A stretch of DNA of 58,939 nt from an uncultured archaeon (GCA_964476045.1 CAYYYJ010000002.1:1-58939), one strand, 5' to 3'. Shown: positions 34,471 to 43,633, counted from the stretch's first letter. Notes: generated by a model not told the origin, from the sequence alone. Translations and numbers: made by a program.

Positions 34471-35865
34471 TTATGTTAAATCTTCCTCCAGATATTTTTT
34501 TACTGTATCCAATAAATCCTGGTCTCCTGTTTTTAATACCTGGTTTGGGCCTAAAACTTTAAATCCTTTGCTCATGGAATCGGCCATGTGGGTAGCGAGC
34601 CCCTTTGCTTTCAGCACCTTTGAAGAAGCAGATAGTGTGTGGACAAGTTTCTTATCAGCTTTCCTGAAAATTCTAGACACTTCAGCAACCCACCTGTCCT
34701 CTTCAACCCAGACCCTGCCAATTTTCCTGTACTTTTCCACAAAGTCCTGCGAATTTTTTATTGCGAAAACAGGAGGCCCAACGACTCTCCTTATATTTGG
34801 GAGGCTCCCATTCTCAACTTCTAATAAAACAATGCACGTTTTCTCGTCTGTCCACACAAACTGTCCTATACATACAAATTCATATTCTTTCAAGATTTCA
34901 ACCAGCCTTTTAGAAGTTTTTCTGAGCTGCGGATATATTATATCGTCTACAATAGCAGGTCTCTTGAATCTTACTGCCAAAAATAACGTTCCTCTTGATT
35001 TTATTTTTCTCAGAAGCTCGGATGGTTTTATTTTTATTTCTTTTTTCTGGAAGTATGTTTCAGATGGCTTGTCCAAAAATTCCTGGACGAGATTCACGAA
35101 TTTTACAAAAACAGCAGGCGAAAGCGCTGCCGCCACATTCCTTTTCGGATCAACAGGATCTATAACAACAAGAGGCTGCCCCCTAAACTCTTGTTTAGTT
35201 CCAGAATATCTCCCTTCCAAATCGATAAACACCTGGCCAGGAATCCAATTAGACGTCTCTTTTAAAAGTGTTTTGAAGTCATCGTATTTTACAATCAGAA
35301 GTTCGCAGAGATATCCGGAAAGCCCTTGGGTTTTCAGGTCAGAACCATAAAGCCCATTCCTCTTGCAAAAAGTTTTGAGCAGTCTGGCCTCATTCGACTG
35401 GTGTGGATGGAGTTTTTTTGACAGGTATTGGTTGTGGAATGGGGTGCGATCTACAGCGGAAATTATTTTCTCAGCAGATTCAACTTTGTAGCAAGGGACA
35501 ATATCCACATCATACCCTTTGATTTTTGATCTCACATAAGGGTGCTCTGCATAAGCTATTTCAAAAAATCCCTTGAACGATCTCACAATCCTCTTGCCTA
35601 ATTCCAGTCCTTTCTTCTCTAAATCTTCGCGCCCAACATCAACAGGAAATTGTATGAAAATATCGAACTCTTTTTTGTGGGAAAGCCAAGTGTTTCTTGT
35701 AAAGGAGCCTGCGAGCACAACAGACAGTCCGAGGGGTTTTATTATTCTTTCTGTCTCAGCAAGCACATCTTCGATCACAGCGTGGACAGCATTCTTCTCC
35801 TGTTCAGAAGGGACTATCTTTTTGAGTATAGATTCGAGAATTAAATCGAGGTTTTTTTGAGTCAT
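34471..35865 (-). CDS. cca: archaeal class I CCA-adding tRNA nucleotidyltransferase
   Basis: 464 aa; LAGSFTRNTWL...FDIFIQF NTase core, archaeal CCA domain order. Confidence 0.9.
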   Translation of the reverse strand: MTQKNLDLILESILKKIVPSEQEKNAVHAVIEDVLAETERIIKPLGLSVVLAGSFTRNTWLSHKKEFDIFIQFPVDVGREDLEKKGLELGKRIVRSFKGFFEIAYAEHPYVRSKIKGYDVDIVPCYKVESAEKIISAVDRTPFHNQYLSKKLHPHQSNEARLLKTFCKRNGLYGSDLKTQGLSGYLCELLIVKYDDFKTLLKETSNWIPGQVFIDLEGRYSGTKQEFRGQPLVVIDPVDPKRNVAAALSPAVFVKFVNLVQEFLDKPSETYFQKKEIKIKPSELLRKIKSRGTLFLAVRFKRPAIVDDIIYPQLRKTSKRLVEILKEYEFVCIGQFVWTDEKTCIVLLEVENGSLPNIRRVVGPPVFAIKNSQDFVEKYRKIGRVWVEEDRWVAEVSRIFRKADKKLVHTLSASSKVLKAKGLATHMADSMSKGFKVLGPNQVLKTGDQDLLDTVKKYLEEDLT

Positions 35866-35901
35866 GTATTTTATTTGTGTGAAGTTGTATTTAACGAGGG
35901 A

Positions 35902-35916
35902 TATAACAGTGTTATA
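35902..35916. promoter_or_regulatory. palindrome TATAACAGTGTTATA upstream of cca
   Basis: Same palindrome family as 2293/2391/24749; 37-51 nt upstream of the cca ATG. Confidence 0.45.
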
Positions 35917-36158
35917 TTAAAATCAACCTATTTAAAACCCCAAGTCTATGTATATTAAAATCATAATCATTAAGTCCTTGAATAGAGATCAATAGAATAA
36001 TTTCATGATTCATGCCTGGATTTCATATCCTGTATATTCATGATCACTCTCATCCAACTTTGGGCTAATACCCAATTATAAACTTAAGGCTGTTTTAAAC
36101 AGCAGTGTAAAATCTCTAGTTCTATTGGACTTTTTTGATATTTGAAGGAGTGATTAAT

Positions 36159-37487
36159 ATGTCAAAATTAGCCCCAAATGCAACAAAGTATATCATTAAA
36201 GCAAAAATTAATGCAAACGGAGTCGTTGAAAAACCAGATGTCATCGGCGCAATTTTCGGCCAAACAGAAGGCGTCATGGGCGCAGACCTTAACCTAAGAG
36301 AGCTTCAGCGAACAGGAAAGATCGGCCGTGTCGAAGTAAAAATAAAATCCGAAAACGGCAAATCTGAAGGCACAATAATCATCCCATCATCTTTGACTAC
36401 TTCTGAAACAGCTCTCATAGCAGCTACCCTAGAAACAATAGATCGAATCGGTCCGTGCACAGCTGAAGTAAAACTAGAAAGCGTTGAAGATGTCATGGAG
36501 GACAAAAGAAAGCAAATCATAGAAAAAGCAAAGGGCATCCTGAAAAACATGATAGAAGTAAACGCCCCTGACACAGAGGAGATCTCAGAGCAAATAAAAG
36601 AATCTGTGAGATCAGAGGAAATCACATTGTTCGAGGGGCTCCCAGCAGGTCCTGGCATAAAAGAGTCCGATTCAGTCATAGTAGTCGAAGGCCGCGCAGA
36701 CGTAATTACACTACTAAAATTCGGAATAAGAAACACAATAGGAATCGAAGGGACTTCAGTCCCAAAACCAGTAGCAGACCTCTGTAAAGAAAAAGAGTGC
36801 ATAGTCCTCACAGACGGCGACCGTGGAGGTCTTCTGATAGTAAAAGAGTTAATGCAAGTCACAGATGTTGATTTTGTAGCACGTGCTCCTGAAGGAAAAG
36901 AGGTTGAAGAGCTCTCGAAAAAGGAGATTTTCAAAGCGCTCAGAGACAAAGTCTCCTCTCAGCAGTTCAAAAACGAACTAAGCTTTATAGAAAAAGGCCT
37001 TCCAGAAAAAGCATCGAAACAATCCAAAATAGAAACAGCTTCGGAATCCCCAACCAGTTCAGTCACCGGCGCATTCAAACCAAGAACAGCATATACGCCT
37101 AGAACAGATTTCAAGTCCGCGAGAGGAAGGAAACAAACATACGAAGCAAAGCCATTATACGCTCCAAGGCCCCCTATGTCAAGGCCAGCGAGATTAAGGC
37201 CAGACGAGAAAAAACTTTACCAAAAAACTCTAGAAGAGCTTATCGGGACACGCGCAGCCTGCATATTCGACAGCAAAGGAGAGCTTTTGGGAAGGGTCCC
37301 TTCAAAAGAGTTAGCAAACACAATCAAAACCCTCGAAAATGTCCACACAATAGTCTTCGACGGCAAAGTTGATCCAGAGATCGATTACGTGGCCAGAAGA
37401 AAAGGAGTGCGCCTCCTGATTTGCATGGAAAAAGATCCTAACCTAAGGTCTTCAATGACTATACTGTCTAAAGAGGATCTTAATTAA
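36159..37487 (+). CDS. dnaG: archaeal DnaG-type primase (TOPRIM)
   Basis: TKYIIKAKINANGVVEKPDVIGAIFGQTEG N-terminus, VVEGRADV and TDGDRGG TOPRIM motifs; GGAG 8 nt upstream of the ATG. Confidence 0.9.
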   Translation: MSKLAPNATKYIIKAKINANGVVEKPDVIGAIFGQTEGVMGADLNLRELQRTGKIGRVEVKIKSENGKSEGTIIIPSSLTTSETALIAATLETIDRIGPCTAEVKLESVEDVMEDKRKQIIEKAKGILKNMIEVNAPDTEEISEQIKESVRSEEITLFEGLPAGPGIKESDSVIVVEGRADVITLLKFGIRNTIGIEGTSVPKPVADLCKEKECIVLTDGDRGGLLIVKELMQVTDVDFVARAPEGKEVEELSKKEIFKALRDKVSSQQFKNELSFIEKGLPEKASKQSKIETASESPTSSVTGAFKPRTAYTPRTDFKSARGRKQTYEAKPLYAPRPPMSRPARLRPDEKKLYQKTLEELIGTRAACIFDSKGELLGRVPSKELANTIKTLENVHTIVFDGKVDPEIDYVARRKGVRLLICMEKDPNLRSSMTILSKEDLN

Positions 37488-37546
37488 CCTTTTTCTTAAA
37501 AAGTTTAAGTTTAAGCAAAAACCTGATTAATTTTTTTATTCGGATT

Positions 37547-37951
37547 TTATTTCGAATTTGGTATTATTTTCACTTCCCCTCTAACAGGCACCACTTCCAG
37601 GCTTCCTTTGTAAATCTGCACGATCCCAACCAGACTAATCTTTGCCCCATCTTTTATCTCAGCTGCTTTAATCCCGGATAATAGTTCAAACTGCTCCAGT
37701 ATACTATTCCAAACAACAACCCTTATTTTCTTCTCGCCTTCCATCAAATTAAAGAAAAGTCCAGTGTCAGTTTTCTTAATGCCTGAAGCAACTCCTGTAA
37801 TATTCACATACTTCCCGTCAAAGCTCTTGTCTATTTTTCCAATTGCAATCTCTTTCGCCTCCATGTTAGATGCAAAAATAAAAAGCAGAATTAACCCAAT
37901 TATACTGCCTGCCAGAGAAATTTTCAATAAGAGGCTTTCACTAATAATCAT
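37547..37951 (-). CDS. membrane-anchored OB-fold (nucleic-acid-binding-like) protein
   Basis: N-terminal TM helix, then an OB-fold-like pattern VNITGV...IRVVVW...ISLVGIVQIYKGSLEV. Confidence 0.55.
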   Translation of the reverse strand: MIISESLLLKISLAGSIIGLILLFIFASNMEAKEIAIGKIDKSFDGKYVNITGVASGIKKTDTGLFFNLMEGEKKIRVVVWNSILEQFELLSGIKAAEIKDGAKISLVGIVQIYKGSLEVVPVRGEVKIIPNSK

Positions 37952-37952
37952 A

Positions 37953-38513
37953 TCATCCTAAAGTAAACGTTTTAATTGGAGTATACACCGGCCCGATTCC
38001 TGTCAAACTGCTTTGGAAAAGTTTAATCTCTTCCACCCGCATCTCTCCAATATAGATCTTCTCCAACTCTTTTAATTTATCCAATAGTTTCTTTCTGTCA
38101 GTAACAATCCCAACCCTCGCAAAAGTCAGATGCGGGCGGGGGTCATAATCTTCCTTTCTGAAATCCTCCAATTTCTCATTCAACGCATTTTCGAGATGTA
38201 TTATCTGGTCCTTTCCCTGATTAACTTCTAAAAAGACCACTGTTATATAGGACGGATTATTGAAAAAAGATAATCCAGAAACAGAAATATTGAAAGGATC
38301 TGTTAACTTAGAAGCAGATTTTATACGTTCGGCTAGTTCAGTAACACTGTTATCTGAAACCTCTCCAAGAAATTTCAGTGTAAAATGAAAATTTTTCCTC
38401 TCAACTATCTTCAAGTCAGCAAATCCTCCAGCTTCGCCCAAAAACCTTTTCTGAAATTGCAAAACTTTTTCTTTCAGTTGTTCATCCAAATCTATCGCAA
38501 CAAACAATCTCAT
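37953..38513 (-). CDS. 2'-5' RNA ligase / 2H phosphoesterase (LigT/ThpR)
   Basis: Two HxT motifs: HFTLKFLG and HLTFARV. Confidence 0.8.
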   Translation of the reverse strand: MRLFVAIDLDEQLKEKVLQFQKRFLGEAGGFADLKIVERKNFHFTLKFLGEVSDNSVTELAERIKSASKLTDPFNISVSGLSFFNNPSYITVVFLEVNQGKDQIIHLENALNEKLEDFRKEDYDPRPHLTFARVGIVTDRKKLLDKLKELEKIYIGEMRVEEIKLFQSSLTGIGPVYTPIKTFTLG

Positions 38514-38642
38514 CTTTTTATTTAGAGATCAGTAATTAAAAAGGAGAAAAAAAGTATTCACACCATCTTCACGCCACCAAGATATATAAGCCAGGTTACC
38601 ATAAACTGTGTATCTTAAAAAATCAAATAAAATTTCAAGAAT

Positions 38643-38692
38643 GGATCAAACTGATTTCAGACCAATTGGTTAGGAAATCAATTTCAGCCATC
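38643..38692 (+). repeat. palindromic element copy F
   Basis: GGATCAAACTGATTTCAGACCAATTGGTTAGGAAATCAATTTCAGCCATC; about 90% identical to copy E. Confidence 0.8.
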
Positions 38693-38693
38693 T

Positions 38694-39770
38694 ATGGAGC
38701 CTATGAACGGATACCTCGACCTGAACTCAGCGTATACAAAAAACTTTGGCTGGAGATCCAATCCTTTTTCTTTCAAAATTGTCCCAGAGCTCTTTGTTGG
38801 CTACCAAAAAGAAGTCAGCACAATTTTTAACGGAGTAAACGACGGCTCTAGATTCTCTCTAATTTTAGGCCAATCAGGGACAGGAAAAACAACTTTTATG
38901 AAACATGTGCAGAGAAATCTCAGCGAGAAAAATAAAATCCTCTATCTCCCGAAAGCTCCAACAGACCCAAAAGACCTAGTTGAAATACTAACTAACAACC
39001 TAGGATTGAGTCCAGAAAATTCAGGCAAAGAAATAAACCTCTACAACATCGGAGACTTCCTAAACAAAGAAGTCAGGGATTTCAAAATAATCCTTTTCAT
39101 AGACGAGTGCCAAGAAGCGCCGAAGGAAACTTTCGAATGGCTCAGATCTCTGTCAGACCAGATAGACAATATCTCTATTGTATTATCCGGCCTCCCAGAA
39201 TTCGAGTCCATACTCAAAACAGAAATCCACAGTCTACTCAACCGCGTAAATATCAGGGTTGAAATGGGAAATCTCAGCAGATTAGAAACACTTGATCTAA
39301 TCAAGAAAAGAATAGAGTTTGTAGGCGGTATAGATACACAACCTTTCACACACGACGCGATAGAGATAATCTACGACAAAACAGCTGGCTACCCCAGAGA
39401 GATCCTAAGAGTCTGCGAAGAAGTCGCTCAAAAAGCTGCAATCAAAAATATTTCTATAGTAGACGCAGAGTTTGTCCAAGAGCAAGAAACCCTGAAATCA
39501 GTAGAAAAGCCTTCGATGCATGATCTCTCTGGAAGACAGAAAGCAATAATAGAATCCTTGATTTCCCACAAAACCCTTACACCGTCACAAATGGTAGCAA
39601 AGATCGACTGTAATGAATACAAAACAAAAGACAACGCAGTCCGCTCAGTCAACAACATCCTGAAAAGAATGACTGAAGAAGGCAAATTAATCCGAAAGAA
39701 AAGGGATAAAGCCTTTGTTTATGAGTTAGCGCCAAGAATGCAATCTGCTTTTAGTTTAGGAAAAGCTTAA
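38694..39770 (+). CDS. AAA+ ATPase with C-terminal winged-helix (ExeA- or Orc1/Cdc6-like; not resolved)
   Basis: GQSGTGKTT Walker A, LFIDECQE Walker B, C-terminal wHTH-like segment. Confidence 0.6.
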   Translation: MEPMNGYLDLNSAYTKNFGWRSNPFSFKIVPELFVGYQKEVSTIFNGVNDGSRFSLILGQSGTGKTTFMKHVQRNLSEKNKILYLPKAPTDPKDLVEILTNNLGLSPENSGKEINLYNIGDFLNKEVRDFKIILFIDECQEAPKETFEWLRSLSDQIDNISIVLSGLPEFESILKTEIHSLLNRVNIRVEMGNLSRLETLDLIKKRIEFVGGIDTQPFTHDAIEIIYDKTAGYPREILRVCEEVAQKAAIKNISIVDAEFVQEQETLKSVEKPSMHDLSGRQKAIIESLISHKTLTPSQMVAKIDCNEYKTKDNAVRSVNNILKRMTEEGKLIRKKRDKAFVYELAPRMQSAFSLGKA

Positions 39771-39868
39771 AGAATCCAAAACCCCCCTTAACGTATTTTT
39801 TAGAAAAACCCGAAAAGAAAAAGTTCTTTATTCTTAACCTCGATTCAAACAACTCTACTGTTTTCTAA

Positions 39869-40129
39869 CTATTTAACTTCTTTCTCTGCAACTATAACAA
39901 AATCCCCGACAGACCTGACTGCAGAAAACGGAACTAAAACCCTTCCCTTGTCATCTTGCTGTAAGTTCAGTTCTGTCGCATGCCTTGTTGGCTGGGTCAA
40001 AACAAGATTTATGAGTTCTCCTGATTCTGTGATGTAGTCTAAATCTCCAACAACACCAAATTTCTTTCCGCTTTCATCAGAAATAAGGACTTTTCCCAAC
40101 AATTCTCTGCTCTTCAACCTTTCCACCAT
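39869..40129 (-). CDS. PRC-barrel domain protein
   Basis: 86 aa; LLGKVLISDESGKKFGVVGDL...SVGDFVIV. Confidence 0.7.
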   Translation of the reverse strand: MVERLKSRELLGKVLISDESGKKFGVVGDLDYITESGELINLVLTQPTRHATELNLQQDDKGRVLVPFSAVRSVGDFVIVAEKEVK

Positions 40130-40134
40130 ATTCT

Positions 40135-40234
40135 ACCCTTTCTTTTCAAAGAAGGATGGAAGTTGATTTCCTATCCAATTTATCTGAAATCAACTTCGTC
40201 CCTTTAGAAAGGCTACAGTACCCAAAGAAAAGGG
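40135..40234 (+). repeat. palindromic element copy B with outer arms, 6 nt from the PRC-barrel start codon
   Basis: ACCCTTTCTTTTCAAAGAAGGATGGAAGTTGATTT[loop]AAATCAACTTCGTCCCTTTAGAAAGGCTACAGTACCCAAAGAAAAGGG. Confidence 0.8.
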
Positions 40235-40377
40235 TTTAGTAACCTTTCTGTTAACTATATTCTAAATTAACCGATTAAATATATAAAGGGTACTAAACTT
40301 TAAAAACTTAATGTGGTTCGTCCCCTTTGCAATAAATAAAGGTCGTTTTCAAGAATAATTTACCCAAAGAAACAAAA

Positions 40378-41127
40378 TTAGTCAGAAGTAGGCGTAACCT
40401 TTACCCCAATTTCTTCCAGTTTTTCCTTAAACTTCTCTAAAGCCCTGTTAATATCCTCTATGCTATGGGCTCCTGTACAAATTATTTTTCCAGAACTGAA
40501 CAAAAGGAATGCAACTCTAGGTTCTGTTATCCTGAAAACCAACCCAGGGAACTGCTCTGGCTCGTACTCAGCATTCTCTAGCATGAAAGCAATCTCTTCT
40601 AAATTTAGCTTTGCCAGGATCTTAGTTGAAGCAACAATATTCTCAACCTCTATTGGGAATTTTTTTGGCACATTGAACCCTACGCTGCGTATTGTTTCAG
40701 CCACTTTTTGCATCGCAATCTTGGCATTCTCTATACTCTTTGCGCCTGTACAAACAACCTTGCCCGAGCTGAAAATTAAAGCTGCTGCCCTAGGGTTTGT
40801 AGGCCTGTAAACAAGACCAGGGAACTGCTCAGGTTCATATTCAGTATTCTCTACCTCTTTAACAAGCTTTTCCAATTGAATATCAACTCCAAGTGTAGCA
40901 AAAGCAACTACGTTCTCAACTTTTATTTTAAAATCACTAGGTAAGTGTATAATCGGGCTACTCTCACTGCTGGGACTCTTCGTATTCTCCCCCTGATGAA
41001 CCGGTTCTTTAATTTTATGCTCTTTACCCTTTGTTGCTTTTAAATCTAGGGCCTTCTTTCCACTAATCTTTTTCATTTTGGGTTTAGTTTTTTTAGAAAT
41101 CGATTTCTTATCTTTAGCCATATCCAA
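40378..41127 (-). CDS. tbp: TATA-box binding protein with ~65-aa Lys-rich N-terminal extension
   Basis: Two TBP repeats (ENVVAFATL...EQFPGLVYR; ENIVASTKI...EQFPGLVFR). Confidence 0.9.
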   Translation of the reverse strand: MDMAKDKKSISKKTKPKMKKISGKKALDLKATKGKEHKIKEPVHQGENTKSPSSESSPIIHLPSDFKIKVENVVAFATLGVDIQLEKLVKEVENTEYEPEQFPGLVYRPTNPRAAALIFSSGKVVCTGAKSIENAKIAMQKVAETIRSVGFNVPKKFPIEVENIVASTKILAKLNLEEIAFMLENAEYEPEQFPGLVFRITEPRVAFLLFSSGKIICTGAHSIEDINRALEKFKEKLEEIGVKVTPTSD

Positions 41128-41224
41128 TCAGACATCGATAGTGGAATGTCGTCCACTCGCTGAAATATAAAACAAGAGCGTAAGCTTTATATTAGTATAC
41201 TATATATCGTGCTCCCTATATATA

Positions 41225-41268
41225 CTAAGCTTTTGTCATCAAAGCCTTAAGCAAAAAAGGATCCTAAA
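41225..41268 (+). repeat. copy of the 5' part of the tRNA-Asp intron
   Basis: TAAGCTTTTGTCATCAAAGCCTTAAGCAAAAAAGGATCCTAAAT versus 33611..33653, about 40/44 identical. Confidence 0.75.
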
Positions 41269-41279
41269 TGTTATGTTTG

Positions 41280-41474
41280 CTATCTCTCAAACTGTCCAAT
41301 TTCCTTCACCATATCCACATTGGATATCAAGATGGATCTGCAACAAAACTTCTCAATTCCTAAAGAATCTAGAACAACCTTCGAATCTTCCCCAGCGGCT
41401 AACCTGTCTTTATACTTCTCCCATACATGGGATATAGGTTTTCCACAGGAAAAACATCTCACAGGTATAATCAT
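41280..41474 (-). CDS. rpoN: DNA-directed RNA polymerase subunit N (Rpo10)
   Basis: MIIPVRCFSCGKPI...CCR. Confidence 0.9.
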   Translation of the reverse strand: MIIPVRCFSCGKPISHVWEKYKDRLAAGEDSKVVLDSLGIEKFCCRSILISNVDMVKEIGQFER

Positions 41475-41480
41475 AAGCTA

Positions 41481-41618
41481 TCCTTTTCTTTCCAAAAGAA
41501 GAGTGGAAACCGATCGAAGATGGTTGAGATTGATCTTGGATCAGCTGCGAAGGATCAATCTCGTCCCTTTGTGATCGGTTTCGTCCCTTTAAGTATACCG
41601 TACCCAAAAAGAAAGGGT
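41481..41618 (+). repeat. palindromic element copy C: one element nested in the loop of another
   Basis: Outer GTGGAAACCGATC...GATCGGTTTCGTCCCTTTA encloses inner GAAGATGGTTGAGATTGATC[17]GATCAATCTCGTCCCTTT; outer arms TCCTTTTCTTTCC / CCCAAAAAGAAAGGG. Confidence 0.8.
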
Positions 41619-41717
41619 TTAGTTAATCAATAAAATAGGTATAATCTCTTTTGTACAACAATCTATAACATATCTAATGTAAGGTTTAAATAGGTTTCTG
41701 CAGGTCAATAGTAAGTT

Positions 41718-42536
41718 ATGATTGATGTTCACTGTCACCTGGAACAAAAGGAATTCGAGAACGGCCTAGACAAAGTAATACAATCTTGTAAATCTGTAGG
41801 TATAAAAGCCCTGGTAACATCTTGCTGCAACCCAAAGGATCTGGAGAAAACCCTCGAAATCCAGGAAGAGTATAAGAACTTTGTTTTCGCCTGTGCAGGC
41901 CTGCATCCAGAGTACATAAAAGAAATCTCTCAGAAAGAAGCTGACTCTTATCTAGACCTTCTAAAGAAGAACAAAAACAAACTAATAGCAATCGGGGAAA
42001 TAGGCCTCGACTATTTCTGGATAAAAGAGCCTTCCTGGCAAGCCAAACAGAGAGAACAGTTCGCAGAGTTAATCAGGTTTGCTAAAGAGCTAAAAAAGCC
42101 TTTAGTTGTTCATTCCAGGAACTCACATCCTGACACAGTAAACATCCTCGAAAAAGAAGATGCGAAACAAGTCCTTCTCCACATGTTCGGCGGAAAAGAC
42201 CTGATCAAAAGAATTGTCCAAAACAATTGGTTAATTTCCATAAACTACCTCATAACCAGAAGCAAAGACTACAAAAAAATAGCGAGGGACACACCTCTAG
42301 AGAATATTTGTCTCGAAACAGATGCTCCTTGGAACGGAATACAAAAACCTTCCGACCAACTTTCTAAATCAGATGTAATTTTCCGAGAAAACAAAGAAAC
42401 AAAAATCACAACTTTGAGGAATGACCCAACAACAATCCTTCCCACCGCGCAAAAAATAGCTGAGATCAAAAAGGTCTCTTTCGAACAAGTCTGGAAAAAC
42501 TGCGGGGAAAACGCGAAGAAGTTTTTCAACATCTAG
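41718..42536 (+). CDS. tatD: TatD-family metal-dependent hydrolase
   Basis: MIDVHCHL, GEIGLDY, VVHSR, ETDAPW. Confidence 0.85.
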   Translation: MIDVHCHLEQKEFENGLDKVIQSCKSVGIKALVTSCCNPKDLEKTLEIQEEYKNFVFACAGLHPEYIKEISQKEADSYLDLLKKNKNKLIAIGEIGLDYFWIKEPSWQAKQREQFAELIRFAKELKKPLVVHSRNSHPDTVNILEKEDAKQVLLHMFGGKDLIKRIVQNNWLISINYLITRSKDYKKIARDTPLENICLETDAPWNGIQKPSDQLSKSDVIFRENKETKITTLRNDPTTILPTAQKIAEIKKVSFEQVWKNCGENAKKFFNI

Positions 42537-42542
42537 TTTTTA

Positions 42543-42953
42543 TCATTCCTGTATCGGCTTCACATAATACTTCCCACCGCACGCATCGCATTTCAAGAAG
42601 TTCATTCTCCCTTCCTTAATTATATGCGTGTCTGGCCTTCCGCACTCTTTGCAAATAACATATTGGTTTACGTAAAGCTCAATTTTCTTGTCCACTGAAA
42701 AATTATTGAATTTCCCAAAAACAGTGACCCTTTTGTTTTTAATCTCCCCTGAAGTGGCAAGCTCTTTAAGCAAAAACTTCAGCAAATGAGATTCGTCTCG
42801 CCCAAGAGTAGCAGCCAGCTCAGAAAAGTTCACAATTATTGTTTTTAGCCCATCAGCCTGCGTCTGCGACTTCGGCATCACAAACCTCTCGCCTGTGTCA
42901 GTCTTCTTCGGAACCTTCTCCATTAGCTTGTCCAGCATCTCTTCATAATTCAT
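42543..42953 (-). CDS. translation initiation factor aIF2 beta subunit
   Basis: C-terminal CKECGRPDT...CDACG zinc ribbon and typical N-domain. Confidence 0.9.
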   Translation of the reverse strand: MNYEEMLDKLMEKVPKKTDTGERFVMPKSQTQADGLKTIIVNFSELAATLGRDESHLLKFLLKELATSGEIKNKRVTVFGKFNNFSVDKKIELYVNQYVICKECGRPDTHIIKEGRMNFLKCDACGGKYYVKPIQE

Positions 42954-43054
42954 ATCTCTCTATTAAGATACTCAGGTTTAAAAAGTCTCCTAATTTGGTA
43001 TATTGGCACAGGTTGTCAATAGGCAAGTATATATAATTTCCCATTAAAAACAGT

Positions 43055-43327
43055 ATGATGCCAAACCAAAGAGTAGAATATGTGCCTGGAATGAGAGGGC
43101 CAGATTTTGAAAGACATTCAAGACGCTTAGGAATGGACAGTCCAGGAACAATATCTGATGTACTTCGTGTAAGAATAGCTGGGGATCTTGTTTATTTCGA
43201 TGGTTATGCGAGTCATGATTTAACGTGTGCCAGTGCATCAAAAAGAGTTCTACAAGCCGAAATGATGATACCTCCAGAAGAAATCCAAATATACAAAAAA
43301 CTTATAACAGTGGAAGAAGTCAGATAA
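43055..43327 (+). CDS. hypothetical protein
   Basis: 90 aa ORF. Confidence 0.35.
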   Translation: MMPNQRVEYVPGMRGPDFERHSRRLGMDSPGTISDVLRVRIAGDLVYFDGYASHDLTCASASKRVLQAEMMIPPEEIQIYKKLITVEEVR

Positions 43328-43518
43328 ATATTATTTCTCCAATCACTGTTTTTAGAAAATAAATCCCAAAGCTATCTACCCAAAAAGCATATAACACTGT
43401 AATCTTTATAAATCCCAGATCGATATAAATATTAGCAAATCTTCACGCAAAACCTAAATCCCACAAAATCAGTAAACAGCACTTCTTTTGCTGATGCAAA
43501 AGACCTGCACTAGAAAAC

Positions 43519-43633
43519 GACAAACAGAAATCGTTTGGCGACGATTCCTTTTTGAGACGAAAATTGTTTTCAAAACCAACTTTGGCGAGTTGTTTTGAAT
43601 CGTATTTGGAAAATAACTTGAAACAGACAATTG
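43519..43633 (+). repeat. three ~48-nt-spaced hairpins with identical TTGGCG loops
   Basis: AATCGT-TTGGCG-ACGATT (43519..43536); CAACT-TTGGCG-AGTTG (43567..43582); CAGACAA-TTGGCG-TTGTCTG (43614..43633). Confidence 0.75.
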
